The notes: a model not told the origin generated them from the sequence alone. A stretch of DNA of 51,500 bases, filler included, from Basidiobolus ranarum (GCA_040143965.1; 3 parts of 3 records of this genome joined end to end with filler, not necessarily neighbours in it); one strand, 5' to 3'. Positions 35,264 to 49,209 are shown, counted from the first letter of the whole stretch. A program made the numbers and translations.

Positions 35264-37409
35264 CCAATATGATTCATTATCATCTACATCTCACTCCAGA
35301 AGATTGAATCCGATTGCACTCCGTTCATTCGCTCAGCGGATCGAGTGTTACTCAGGATGACCCCTATTTGCATTCATCGAATATTTTATACTTCTCTATT
35401 AATGTCTAATATTTTTTTTGTTTCCATCTCGTTGTCACACATGTATAAATTCTCTTCCCCCGATTCATCGAGACCACCCTTAATGTATTCCAACAGCGCA
35501 ACTCTCATGTATTTTGACCATACACTCCGCTCTTTGCATCCAAGTGTTGCCACCAAGAGAGCCAGCTTGGTGCATGTTTCATGAGGATGTAAATTTCATG
35601 GGTTCAGGAGATCAGCCTGTCAATAAAAACGAATCAAATTAAATCATATTTAAGGGAGGCCCCACTAGCCGATCGTTTACCAAGTGGGATAGGGATGTTC
35701 CGAAGTGTATTTAGGCCACATATTCGTTACACTTCTACATGAGTGGAGGCAATGCTTGTGTAATAGGGATTAGCTAATCAGATGATAGAGCTTAAACTAC
35801 TCAGATGGACAAATTCAAATTGATGTACAAGTTGGTGAACTAGACGTTAGAACCGGGCAGATTCTTCCAAATCCTTGGAAGCACAAGAGTATTTAGGACT
35901 GTCTGCGTCTGAGTGGAATATATGGTTACATCCACCATTTTGAGGGTGCATCCACGTTGATACACCTTTACGTACTGTGGCATCCATAATAGGAATCAAG
36001 GGAATACTGGAGTCCCCTTTGTTTGTTCTGTGTTTACACGTTTTCTTCCTTGGTGTAACTTCTACTAGTCTACGGTAGTCTGGAACGCGGACAAGCAGAT
36101 GACACGATATTGATCGCTACTTTTCTCACGAGGAAGTGGGAGCATGAAGAAATGTTTCCTTCAAATGATTATTACCGGTGATAATGATTGCTGAAAGGGC
36201 GACAACATTTTGTGTTCCAGTTGGTGTTCCTCCAAATTAATAATAAGACAGGGTATCCTGGTGTTTAGTATTACAAATGTTGTTTTTCTAAATTCTCCGA
36301 ATCTCCCCTCAGGTAACCAACCCGAGAGAGATTATTCATGGGTGTTTAACCGATATCTTTCATTCTCCATATTATTCTCTGGTCTTGAGTGATTGATCAT
36401 TGGAAAATTTGATTGATCGAATATTTCATTGACCGTTATCACTTGGACAAGAGAGCAACAGTAAAAGGGGCTTGTTCCCTGTGATAATGCCAGATTGTGC
36501 CGTATATGTTATATTGGATAAAGTGTTCTAGAATTCATGTGACATAATTAGGCACTATCCAGCACCCTCTGATATAATCAATTTCAATCACAATTGAACT
36601 AATATATTGAGCCAAGGTCTGATAATCCCTAGCACAATGGAACAAGTCCAAGGTGCACATGCTCCTTTTTGCTGCAAATTCGGTCAGAAGTAAATTAGGT
36701 GGTGATCTAAAGCTCTGTTTCAAGCTACTAGGCATTTGTACATTTTATTTGAATAACCTGCAGACAAAAAAGCTTTTCTCCTTAGTATAACATAATTTGT
36801 ACGTAACATGTATATATATGTTATACTCGAGCTTTCAAGTGGTTGAATAAGCTCCAAAATGAATTCCTGATATTAACATTATGATGAAGAGAAAAAATGC
36901 AAATTTCTTATTAAACTCATATATTGCCATTAGGACCATTATATAGTGAAGAATATAAAGAGTGATGGGGCTCTGAACTTGAAGCTTACTGGTGTTTTCT
37001 TGTTTTATAATGAAAATAGTGTAATTCAAAAACCCTTCTGGATGCTATACTAAGCAAATATCCTCATGGTTAAGTCAGCCAGTCTATATGTATTTGTAGA
37101 AAATACCGTGCACTAATAGCATAGATTTTAGTCTATCTCTAATTCATGAGTAACAGGTGGATTCTAAAAGTAACCTTGCACAAGTTCAAGTCCTATAAGT
37201 AATATATAAATAGCAGGTTAGAGCTGGGCCTAATAATGCTTTGATTATTGCTTTAAATCGACCTACATTAATGGTATACGGACGAGTAGCTTTATTTGTA
37301 TATGCATTTATTTCTTGAAATTAAGAAATACACTAATTGGTTTATGTCAATGTTTCAACGATATAAGGAGTTCTATAGGACAGGTTCTTCAATTCAATTG
37401 CCGATTAAT

Positions 37410-38522
37410 CTATATTTGAGTGACGAACGATTGCTGAGCATCTAAAGTCCGATTACAATTAACACTAACAATATGTTCCCCTGGATAGATTATAGCCGTT
37501 AGTTGTCCACCATAAATACACCCGGTATCCAGACCTTTGGAGTATTCTTTAATGTTCAGACCAAGCGATGCTTGATGTCCATACACAATAGTAGCTGGAT
37601 TCGGGGACTGCTTTTGCTTGGCATTCCATTTCACTGACCAGCTTTCTCCGATGTAGTTTCCTCGAGTAGGAGTTCCATCAATCAATATGTTCTTGATATT
37701 CATCACTACATTTGGGTCCTGGGACTCAATCGGCTTTGCAGGGTCTACTCCAGCATGCATGATATAGACCGAGTATTCCGGGACAGACAGGATGAGGGGG
37801 CAACTCAGAAGATAGTCATATACTTCTTGATCCATCTCACTAAAAGCAAACACAGTGTGAATTTCCTGTTAGTTTCTGGTTTTGTTCTTTGGGGTGGATG
37901 TACAGAATCAATAATGGAGAAAGAAAAGGCAATAAATATCGATAATGTAGTACAGTGAATCCTTGTTCACCATCAATATGAGCTTCTACCAAAGAGCTGA
38001 AAGAGTAAAGAAAATAACTTACGCTGCAATGGAATAGTAGTGAGTCAAGGACAAGTCAGTTGGGAAGTCGTACTCATCACGGTTATCTGTGGGTGAGAGC
38101 CGACGAAGGAACTTTTTCCACTCCAGCAATGAGTGATCGTGATTTCCACGCACACAGTTGGCCCCTATCTCCTTGGCTCTCTTTAGTACGCCAATAGAGT
38201 CGGGACCTTTGGAGGTCATATCTCCAGCAAGCACGACCTTGTCAATCTTTGGATCAAAGTCGATTTTTTTCAAAAGGTCATCAAAGTACTCTAGGCTTCC
38301 GTGCAAGTCGCCTACGATAATCAATCTGTCCATAGTCCCATCAAAATCAAGTTCCTGTATCTTCACGGTGGAGGCATCTTTCGAAGGTGGGATGAAGATG
38401 TCTTTTGCTGGTCGATAAACACGGTTGTCCATGTCGAAGTGAAGATGAATGGGACTACAAACCATCCAATTCACCGCCACACCGAGGATCAAAAAGCTGG
38501 CACGAATCACCCTCATACTCAT
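37410..38522 (-). CDS. Calcineurin-like metallophosphoesterase (Ppn2/ApaH-like), 2 exons, hydrophobic N-terminus
   Basis: GDLHG, GDMTSKGPDS, RGNHD, MHAG, VYGH, GLDTGCIYGGQLTA; an intron at ~38022-37842 joins the two ORFs in frame. Confidence 0.92.
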
Positions 38523-41413
38523 CAATATAATTCTTCTTGGATTGACTAGAAGTTGAATGAGCGCAAGAGGAGTTATCAATGAAACGAATGTTGGAATAAA
38601 CTTCAGATGCTCTCTTTGAGTGGGTTTTATTTATCCGTATCGAAGTTAGGATTATAGAAGAACGCCCGAGCTGCAATGGTGTAATCGAGGTGCATTACCC
38701 ATCTAGTCAATTGTGGAAAGTCACAAGGGAGTTTTCATAGACAGAAGCTAGTCAACATACATTAATAATCATGTAATCCTGCACAGTGAAATCCCATTTA
38801 ACATCATTCATTTGTATTAATGGCACTAAAGGCGTTGGAATGGAGAAATGTACTTAGACAGGTTCTTTAAAAACCAGATTTTTCTGGGCGCAGGTAGTAG
38901 TGGGTCTGAGCTGATTCTCAGTATTACAGAGCTCGGGAACCCTGCTAGGCTTTGCATGATCTACGGGGTTAAATAAAAACTCTTGATCTTCCAAATATTA
39001 ATTCTTTGGTCTAAACATACGAATGCTTCACCTAAAGTGGGGTTCAATCATATTTTCTTGCCTAAATGGGAAACTCCGATTTCTCTGCGGGAATTAGATA
39101 CCTGGAGGGACATTAATGTATAGACAAATACAGTAAAGAGGTATTCGAGAACCTACATGGCAGGTCACCATGAGATGAAACAAAACACTGGCTGTACATT
39201 TAATCTGCATATGCTCAGAGAAGCAAGCTTCTGTACCTGTAGAGCCATTAATTCCGATGACATGTCGAACCCTTCCATCAGGTCCTATGGGCGTCCCTCG
39301 TTGCTAGCTCTCACTTGCTAGTTAAAATGAAATTATATTCACTGTCTCAGCTTCAAATTCAACGAAGTTGGCGAACTCCGGTTTCTCATTTGAGATAAGA
39401 GAAGTAACTTCATGACTGAAACATAGCCAACTATATCAACAACAATGTATATTGAGTCCCGAATATACAAAGGCTCCTGAATAGCACTGTTGAGACCCAA
39501 ACTGCGTATTAATTGCCATGAACGGTCTGAATGTTTTAGGTTAATGTCTTACCCGTAAGGGCTATCCCATTAAATTTAATGAATCCTGTTGACCAACTAG
39601 TATCAACGTGATAGTATGGGATGAATGGCCCAAATCAAGCTGAAGGCGTATTAACCATCTATAGCTACCACTAACTGGATTGTCTTCACGCTATTCATCC
39701 TAGCACCCACAGCGAGTGCTTATTAAACGAGGAAACTAGTTTAACTGAAGGTTGACTCCTACATCTTTGGGATGAAAATGGCTGCTAATACAATGGGATT
39801 TGATAGAACATATATACATTATATACATATTGATTACTGCTGTCAAGGCTATAACTTCTATGATTGATAGGCACCAGCCTCAAGTGAGCCTTATTACCAA
39901 GGCCAGGGACCACTAAATGCCAACCAATTTTCCAGTGATTCCTTAACTTAACCACGTTGGTTTGTTTGCGTAACATTTGTATCAATAGAAACGATCGATG
40001 GCAATTATCGGAAGTCACAGTAGAGCCAGGGGAGGAAACTGCGTTTTTAACCCTCTTGGCATTAAGGGCCGTGGTAAGCCTGGCCAATTGAGATGCGTCA
40101 AATGGTCATGCATGTGATGCTGCGTTGAACCTAAGGTTATATAAAATGGTTGTACTTGTATACCTGTTTCCAACAAATTCCAGGTGGTAGTATACCACTC
40201 TTTCTACTACGTCCTGATTTCAAACCAATACTAGACAATTCAAACTAGCGACTAGGTACAGTTTGGGTTTGTTGGGCGCTGGGATCTCGCTTCTTTCAAT
40301 TATCAAGCTGGACTTAATTTAGTAATTGAAGTACTCACTGTGTTGACCTTATAATACTCGCATACAAGAGCAAGGTGCGTTCTCAACCGATTGATGTCAT
40401 GGTTGGCTTATTTGTGGATGTATACTTAATATATATATCGTTAAGATATTCAACTCGAGCATAAATTACTCCTATCAACTGTGTTATCCTTACACCCCTA
40501 AATAGAACACCTCGCTTCGTGGAAAACCACTTTATTACACGTGGGAAGTGCAAACAACAAAGAATCAAATACTAAGGATTCCATCTAGACCGAGCTGCAT
40601 CAGAGAACTCGCCCTGAACAAACATGCCGTCATTCTGCCCTGTCGATCCAAAGATAAGCATCTGTTATCTGCAATAGCACAATCATACAGATCAACATCA
40701 TCTTCGGTGCGCCACAACCATCGTAATGGTATCAACTTGAACATGGCCAGTGAACAGTATAGAGACCTAAAATGTAGATCTTCATTGCACCTACAAGGTC
40801 AACAAATGAAACCCCGAGATCAATCTTCCCAAGATTTTACTTGAAAACCCGTGCTACTCTCTTGTGTTGGGAGACAAATCTACGCACCGTCTAGAGGTTT
40901 CTGAGGAAAAGAAAAGATGTTGATTTTGAATCTGACCTAGTATCTACTCGCAATATAGAGCCAGTAACGCTGTTGTCTGTATGGCTTAATAAGAGCAGAA
41001 TACATTAATGATTGATATTTGGCCCTGGTTTAGATCGAATAATTAACATTTGGCTGCAGTTATAATACAATTTCATTTGATCAGTTCACTAATATTATCC
41101 AAGGATTATCGAACCAGCCCATGTTGCTCATACGTCTACAATTTCTCTTTGATTAGCAAAAGCAGGCAAAGGTCATGTATGTGAATTCAAGTGTTTAGGC
41201 ACGGGGCTACTCACATACAGGCTATCATCTATCTTCTTATATAAATAGGCCATGTTTCGAGTTTAGAAGCCTTACTTCCGTGAGTTTTTTTACCTGCCCT
41301 TTGTATAGCAAATAGATAATCTTTCAGATTCTAAATATAAGGCCAATTCTTGCAAGACTTTACAGCAGTGTTTTTATTTTACTCTTTTGTTTTGAGCTTG
41401 CTATAACAATCTA

Positions 41414-42841
41414 ATGGCTTCAAATCAGGTTGACTTAGAACAAGTAGAACAACTCAAATACTTTCTAGCTACTGCTCCTACCAACTGGAGTCCCGAACAA
41501 TCCATTCGAAGATTCATGCTGCCCAATGGTGAATCTGTTTCCTGTATACTCTGGAATAATCTATTTCATATCACAGGCACGGACATCGTCCGCTGTATGG
41601 TATTTCGTTTTCAAGCTTTCAATAGACCAGTGAAGAACATGAAGAAATTTGAAGAAGGGGTTTTTAGTGATTTACGGAACTTGAAGCCCGGTATTGATGC
41701 AACCTTAGAAGAACCACGATCGGAATTTTTAGAAATGTTATATAAAAACAATTGTATTAGAACTCAGAAAAAACAAAAGGTCTTCTTTTGGTACTCAGTT
41801 CCCCATGATCGTCTCTTCGTAGATGCCTTGGAACGAGACCTAAAACGAGAAGCTTTGGGAATAGAATCAACGACCGTTTCTTTAGAGCCCAATGATACCA
41901 CTATGATAGCAACTTCCCCTCCTTTACTATCGCCCACATCCATGAGTACTTCAACCAGTGATTCTTCCGATGATTCTAACGAAGAACAAACTCCATGCTC
42001 AGTGCCAATTCAAACCGAGTCACACATGTACTTTCCTAACAATAATGTGCTAATCGATACTTGGATCTCCGACAATATATGCAACGAAACAAAATCCTAT
42101 TCTTTTCTTGAGCAACTCAATGATACTCATGACATAGTCACTCTTTCTCATGATTCTTTATTGGCTTTTGGAGGGGAACAGACAAACTCGGGTACTCCCT
42201 CAACGCAGACACAACACAGCGAGTTTATTCTGACGCCAGAGCCTTCATATCTTCATGTTGTGGAGAGCTCCAAACGAGAAAATACAGAAATAATGAACGA
42301 AACAATACTAGATTCGCCGCATTTTCTATTAGAATCGAACACTTTTGAGGAGGGGAATACAACTTCTCCTAATAATTGGAAGATATCAGAAATGGAAACT
42401 TATAACGCATCGTTGACTGGACAGATGAGACCTTTACTCGACGTCATGAATTTGTTTGAAGGCTCTCCTGCTTACAAAAAAAGACGCCGGAATTTGGTAA
42501 TCAACGATTGTACTTGGGCCACGAACGAGCCATTTAACTCGGATAATCGTGGGAAACCCTTAGAGAATAGTAACGATGGAAGAAATTATGAATGCTCCTT
42601 TGATATGTGTCGCCGCAGATTCAAGCGGTTTGAACATCTCACACGACATGTACGTACTCATACTGGTGAACGACCATACCTTTGCCCATTGGAGGGTTGT
42701 ACGAAGGGATTTTCACGTACAGATAATCTCCACCAGCATCTACGTATTCATTATAACCAAGATAACCATTGTACCAATTTGCCCACAAAGCCTCCTAACT
42801 CCGTAGATGAGGATAATGCAAGTAAATTAACAATGATGTAG
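41414..42841 (+). CDS. STE12: Ste12/SteA transcription factor (STE domain plus two C2H2 fingers), intronless
   Basis: LKYFLATAPTNW...ITGTDIVR...KKFEEGVFSDLRNLK...CIRTQKKQKVFFWYSVPHDRLF; LFEGSPAYKKRRR; C2H2 pair with HTGERPY linker. Confidence 0.95.
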   Translation: MASNQVDLEQVEQLKYFLATAPTNWSPEQSIRRFMLPNGESVSCILWNNLFHITGTDIVRCMVFRFQAFNRPVKNMKKFEEGVFSDLRNLKPGIDATLEEPRSEFLEMLYKNNCIRTQKKQKVFFWYSVPHDRLFVDALERDLKREALGIESTTVSLEPNDTTMIATSPPLLSPTSMSTSTSDSSDDSNEEQTPCSVPIQTESHMYFPNNNVLIDTWISDNICNETKSYSFLEQLNDTHDIVTLSHDSLLAFGGEQTNSGTPSTQTQHSEFILTPEPSYLHVVESSKRENTEIMNETILDSPHFLLESNTFEEGNTTSPNNWKISEMETYNASLTGQMRPLLDVMNLFEGSPAYKKRRRNLVINDCTWATNEPFNSDNRGKPLENSNDGRNYECSFDMCRRRFKRFEHLTRHVRTHTGERPYLCPLEGCTKGFSRTDNLHQHLRIHYNQDNHCTNLPTKPPNSVDEDNASKLTMM

Positions 42842-43433
42842 ATTTTAAATGTTCGTTTAATATAGACCATTTTGGAAAAGTTCAAAATTCTATTAACTGC
42901 TTCTGTTATATTTTCACCAACTTTACACATATATATATATATCATCTAATTCAATAATGCCTTTAAAATGGACTAGTTGGTCATACTGATGAAAGTGTAC
43001 ATAGTTCCTTGTATTTTTCATAATTCACTTTGATTGGGTTTTCCAATTACACAGAATAACCTCCCTGTCTTGTAACGTTGTGATTTTGGCATATATTCCC
43101 TTATCATTCATCTGTATTGATACATCTGAGTCACCCAAGTATTAGTATTAGTGGTTGTTTAACAGGATGCTCACTTTACTGTGTAGCCCTTTTATAAAGT
43201 TCTATAATTGAAACCAGCAGGAATCCCCATGCTTTCTAAGAATCTCTATGATCTCTTCTACTGTTCCCTCATGTAAATGCTCTTTATGTTGAAAATGACA
43301 TAGCTAAATTTCACCAAGCTATTATGAGATATCTTCAAGAGGAATCTACTGCTCCATATTGAGACCAACTTGGAAGTTTGAAGATTATATGATCGTCTCA
43401 AACTTTGTACTCTACATGCTGGTTTATCTACTT

Positions 43434-43542
43434 CTTGACAAAAGTATATATGTCAACTTGCACTCAATAAATCACTAAGTGAAAACCACCAATTCTTCTA
43501 GTTCTCCAAATCATTTGCAACAACTCCCAAAACACTTCAACA
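43434..43542 (-). repeat. Dispersed degenerate repeat, copy C (inverted, partial)
   Basis: Reverse complement TGTTGAAGTGTTTTGGGAG...TTTGGAGAACTAGAAGAATTGGTGGTTTTCACTTAGTGATTTATTGAGTGCAAGTTGACAT...TTTTGTCAAG matches copies A and B. Confidence 0.85.
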
Positions 43543-44324
43543 CTTTGCACTTGTGTTCTTTGTGGACTATGTATCAGTACAATGATAAACTAATATTAGG
43601 TTTCTCATGGAATTCTCGTCTGAGAATCAGAACGATAGTGATCAATATGAGCAAAAATTCAAACTGAATGTACTCTCGCAACTAGAAATATCATATATAA
43701 TGTCCAGATAGCAAATAGGATTATTATTAGTGCTTGTAGCAACCTTCAATTGGTTGTGAGCTTACTCATACAGTGCGTAAAGCAGCTACAAAATGAGCTC
43801 TACTAACTATTGAAGCTAACTAAGAGAAAGTAATAATGGGCATTTACATGATTTGAGCCTAACTTAACCTATCATTACTAAACCCCTATTGCTTTGATTT
43901 TGACTCTTCAACACACGTTTGTACCTGAAAACAACTTGAAGACTCAACTACACTCATCTTAGGAAATAATCGAAATCTTCACCCTACGCTTTTTTCAACT
44001 GTTGTACTCACAGCTTCATGCTTGGATATAGAGAGATTCAAAATCAGCACATGAGAAGATCGTCATACATACCTGTGAATTATCGCTTCATTCGGATCTC
44101 ATCTCAACTTCATTAGAAATCACGTTCAGAATTTCCGATTTCCATGTGATAATCTAAAAATATCCCAATTATATTAGATTCATACTCTGAACCTTAAAAT
44201 TAGGATCATTTCTTACCCAAATTAGTATTAATATATACTCTTTCCTGACTGAATCTCCAACTTTGATCACATGACACAATGCTTTTCCATAGCAAGTCAT
44301 TGAATTTGCTATCGGAACTAAGTT

Positions 44325-44727
44325 TCAAACGGATTCTGGAGGGAAATCTGAGAGGTGCTTATTTTTAAGTGATGTGAGTATCAGGGCATTGGAGCGAGTA
44401 TCCTTAAAATCTTTTGGAGGAATTCCTTTTAAATCATCGAGATGTAGCCTATAAGAAACTCCCTCAGTCAAGATACGGGCATGGAGTTCCTTCAGCATCA
44501 TGAACTGCGATCAAATGAGCATTGGTTACCATGGCAAACCTAATTAGCGCACCATGATAGAGCACCATTTGAAATGTTTGAAAGTCACGATCCTTAAGTA
44601 CAAGACACGAACCTACCAGCTCTGACCATCTATATGGTACTGAGAGTGCTGCTTGAATCTCCAGGGAAAATGTAGCCACTACTGGTGCTAGTAGTATCGC
44701 GAATAAGAAAATTTGATAAAGATACAT
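44325..44727 (-). CDS. Possible 2-exon small secreted protein
   Basis: Signal-like MYLYQIFLFAILLAPVVA; a putative intron GTAGGT...CAG (44616-44505) joins in frame to a 59-aa exon. No homology recognised. Confidence 0.3.
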
Positions 44728-47700
44728 ACAACCAATTAGCATTTCGTGTTTCGACTATTACAACACAACTCTAGCATTGCCAAACCCCAACCAACCTACT
44801 GGTGGTTTAAGTTCTGGAAATGCAAGTATTGATGTCACTGGCACCTCCCTACCTATAATGATCATACAGATAAACCATTGATGACAGGGAGAATCCAATG
44901 AAGATCTAGTCCGCATAGATGGAGCACTTTTTCATCAGAGAGACATTAAAAGCTTGTGTGAGATAGATAAATACGGATACATTGACTAAGTTGGCAATAC
45001 ACGGTTGGCTACCAACGTTACCGAAACCCAACCATTATCATAGTCAATTTCAAGTTTAATATGGATTATTGTATATCTATGCAAGCAGATCTGAATAGTC
45101 CAGTTCGGATATGGTCAGAGTCATACCAACCATTAAGCACTTTGGCTACAGTGTTTGAGGGGCAAACAAGATCGGTTGGGGTGTGATTCACGGTTCAAAT
45201 CGTGTTCTATCAGCAAGTAAGCATACCTGCGAAATGAAACAGCAACCAAGTAGGCAGCCTCTACGAGACATCGCTTTCGCAGAATGTGTAGAGCTTAACT
45301 TTACATGTTGTGTACTCTGCCACACTCCTGTTTGCAAAGTAGCTGTGCACTATACAATACTACATTCAACACACATAAGGAGTAATGGTAATGAGGGATA
45401 ATAGGTGACAAAAGTTGGATCTATGCCATATTAAAGGAGTCAATCAACTATTTCCCTTCATGTAAGGCCGCTGATCAATTACTAGTTACATCACACACCA
45501 GCATACAATCAGCCTAATGGTTCAAGTAACAAATGGGCATATAATCTTTACTATTGTGTCACTTTTGGTTGCACAATGTCGGACAATCTTGCATGCGTTT
45601 AGCTCAAGATTTCGTAAACTACCTCAAACCGATGTATTGAGCATACGATAGATATGCGAGAGTACACAAAGCTATGTTATGTAATGAGCACCCATGACCT
45701 GCTTAGAGGTGCACGAAATTCTCCACAGCTCCATGTTCATTGATCACTCTACTGGAGCTATTTATAGACTACACGGTGTGCCAGATATGGACACGCAACA
45801 TAACCTGGCACTACACTATAGGCCCATAGTGATCCACCTCCCCAATACAGACTTCGACGAAACATTAGGATTTTGATTTCGCAAGCAACGATGTCATTCA
45901 GATTCAACAGTCAATCATATATTTAGCATAGTCACCCAAGTTTATCACGACACCGGAGTTGCATTTCAAATGTGTTCAGTCGCTGTTTCAGACGACACCA
46001 AGATGATAGGTAACTTGGACCAAGCCACACCTCGGATGTGATTCATGGGATAGGAACTATTTGAATCTATCCCACCGTCGCGCCGGGATCCAGGGCTCAC
46101 TCTAATCTGTGATCGCTGAGTTTGCATTATAAAATATTCACAGTGTACAAGAACATGTACACAACACCAAGTGTTAAAACCTCGCGAAAATTAGATTTAC
46201 ACCATTTAACAGATGAAAACATCTAGCCAATAATAGCTTCAACCTGTCACCAAATATTGATGCAAAATCTTGATAAAATCGATTCAGTCTCAAGGAATCT
46301 GACAGTGTATTGTATTTGAGAGCATCGTAAGAATCCCATTATTGAAGCCTTGAAACATAAAACTCTCCCGAGATAAGAATCCCTAGTAACCCTCATCGCC
46401 ATTTACATCAAGTTCAACCCCCTAGAGTCCCCGAGGCAAACTATCTGTAAATATAAAAGATAAACATATCACCAGTCTAAAGCTTCAACTGGTGTGCTAT
46501 CAGGATGATGGTTAGTTGCTATAAAAGGCAGACTCAATGTATTTTTCTATGCAATAGACATGATCAAGCGAGATACTCCCCATAAATAACCATTATGTCA
46601 CAAATCCTCCAAACTACATGGATGAATATATGTTGAGCCGGGATTATGCATGATGAATGCACCAAAAGGAGCACCCCATGATAATGTGTAAATAAATATC
46701 GTGGAGCTCACCCAGTAATCCACTCATTTCATGGACAGGAAATGTAGTCAATAAGGCGTGAATTATTGTGCATCAATCAATAGTAGTACCAACTAATTGG
46801 GATGATGTGAAAAGATATTCTGTGGAGCTTGAGAATACTCATGCACAGTTAGGTGATATAATATGTCTTTCATACATTCTCAGCCGCTTCTCGGTATTTC
46901 TCGTGATTTCTGTCTGGTTAACAAAACCTGATTAAGACGTGATGGTGGAATGGTAACAGATGCAAGCGATAGTTGAGACCAAACCTGGGTCATCCATTAT
47001 GTTGCTTGTTCCACAGCCTTCTTCACTTTTCCATCACCTTTGTTACCAGCCTATCAGTTAGCTTTTACTAATGGGGGATGTATGCGGGAGAGCATTTCTC
47101 AATGGATATATGCAGTCCAACTATAGGATGAAAATTGGGTAACGCCTCAGTTTTTGTAATGACGGATACTAGTGAACTGGGTTGATCGTACACTAAGTAG
47201 GGAGTCTCGTGGTTCGATATACGAAAGCTACAACAATTGTACTCTGGCGGAAGAAATCAATAATGAAGGGAAACCCATTCTGGGTTTAAACCTAGATGTA
47301 CACCCATACAACACTTACATGCATCAATGAGGTGTGAAAATAAGATACACATTCTACCACAGGTGCTCAATAGCTTAAGACATACATTCAAATTGAAACT
47401 TTCATGGAAGTTTTCGTCCAGGGTTTCATTGCCTGAGACATGTCACTTGACTTGATGCACATTGGAATTGGAGACGGCACTGATTGGATTCCAATTACAG
47501 TAGGGGATAAGCAGAATACAGGGTGGCATAATTGCGTATTTCAAAAAGTACTCTTTTGTTAAGGTTTGGATCGAGCTCCAATTTACCCCCTCTGATCATC
47601 ACAACAGAAGCAGTCATCACATGCATTCAAAGATCAAGATAATTCGATCATCATGTAATCAAGGTGCGTGAGAGGTTGATTGGCAATAGACTCTGCACAA

Positions 47701-48423
47701 GGGCTCCCTGGTTGGATTGAAGTAGTAATATAGTTGGTGCTGGTTCTGGTGTGACAATTTTAACACATGATCTGATCCTTGATTGCCCGGTTTCTTTGCC
47801 AGTAAACTTTCATTCTATATCCTTCAAACATTATATCCTGTTCTGCTGCAAATAAATCCACCTCGAGATCCATCTACCGCTCTCAGATTGGTGATTTCGA
47901 GCTAAATTAAGACTTTACCGGAAATAATTAGTAAATATATAGAAAGTGAATCAAGATGTATGCTCGGTTTTACTTTAGAATTGATTTAAGATCATTCTAG
48001 CCATTAGCCAATCATGACTTGCTATGGCATCAAACCATTTTTATATAAGAGTTGACTATCCTTGCAGGGTGCTCTACCATCGTTCTTGAATACCTGCTCT
48101 CGCTGAACTGAATCTCCGGTCTACTCCCTAGACATACAATTTATTCTCTCTAGTCATCATTAACAGTGATAAAGTCCAAAAAAAACTCCTGTTTCCCCTC
48201 CTGTAGTGTAAATTTAATTTTCATACTGCTTCTCGCGTACGTTTCGTTCATAGGCCTGCTTTCACATCGGCGAATATAACTCAAGGTTATAACACTAACG
48301 AAACAACGCTTCTGATTTGCCCTCTGGTTTACATTGTGTCAAGTTGAACCCGAAAATTTATGTTAATAAGCACCACTACTCCTTTTTCTTACTTACCACA
48401 CTATCAAAACATCTTGACGCGTC

Positions 48424-49209
48424 ATGGAGACACCAAAATTCCACAAGCATGCTGTACCAAGGACTCCTAAAAACAAATCCTCTCGGAATCAGACAAACCA
48501 GCAGTCTCCCAAACGCTCGAGTTCTAACCGCCATAAAAACTCACCTCACACACCTACCAGAAATTTGAACTCAAATGGAGACAATTATACCAATTCTCAG
48601 AATTTGCAATCAGTAAAGTCACGCTCGATTTCTCCTAGCTCTTATTACGGAAATCAGTATTCATACGGCAGTCCATATTCTTCTGATTCAGACAGCTTTG
48701 AAGCTGCCACTCCTCCACGTGAATCTTTTCTCTCGGATAGTATTTATAGAAAGCAAAAGTCCGGTTTGAGCCCTAGAGGCGTTAGCCGTGAAACGACTCC
48801 GGATTTATTAAGTGAGGAGGATATATTCATTAGCCGCACCCCTCAACGAAATGGCAAAAACGGCCTTTACGCTGGTCCAACGTTTAGCAATGCGCCCACC
48901 CCGGACACACTTCCTGTACCAGTTTTTATGGGTCGATCACCCAGTCCTCCAAGTTCTGTATATAATTTATCTCCCTCGAATCATACCACAGCAGAGCTGG
49001 GCCTCAACACTCAATTTTCCTCTAATGTCCCCTATCATCAGTCAAATGTTAATGATTGCGATCTTCGTCTTAGATCACAGAAATTGCTCAGCCTATTGAA
49101 TGGAGGTCATACCGCTTCTCCTGAAGTTTACAATCCAGTTTCCTGTTATCCTGGAGTTCATCCATCATATGGGCAGCATTATCAACCATATAATTTCCCT
49201 TTGTATTAG
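48424..49209 (+). CDS. Disordered protein with PNRC/Edc1-type decapping-activator motif
   Basis: S/P/N-rich sequence containing YAGPTFSNAPTPDTLPVPVF (YAGxxF plus LPxP). Confidence 0.85.
   Translation: METPKFHKHAVPRTPKNKSSRNQTNQQSPKRSSSNRHKNSPHTPTRNLNSNGDNYTNSQNLQSVKSRSISPSSYYGNQYSYGSPYSSDSDSFEAATPPRESFLSDSIYRKQKSGLSPRGVSRETTPDLLSEEDIFISRTPQRNGKNGLYAGPTFSNAPTPDTLPVPVFMGRSPSPPSSVYNLSPSNHTTAELGLNTQFSSNVPYHQSNVNDCDLRLRSQKLLSLLNGGHTASPEVYNPVSCYPGVHPSYGQHYQPYNFPLY

Noticed and set aside
38895-38947. Hairpin containing CTGAG upstream of the phosphoesterase
   Set aside because: Lacks the remaining TPP riboswitch core; a single modest stem.
45183-45401. Cys-rich ORF with a CC doublet
   Set aside because: GTG start, no signal peptide, and irregular spacing; not a second knottin.
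47170-47224. A-box/B-box-like motifs (TAGTGAACTGG...GGTTCGAT)
   Set aside because: No acceptor or anticodon stems; at most a decayed tRNA/SINE relic.
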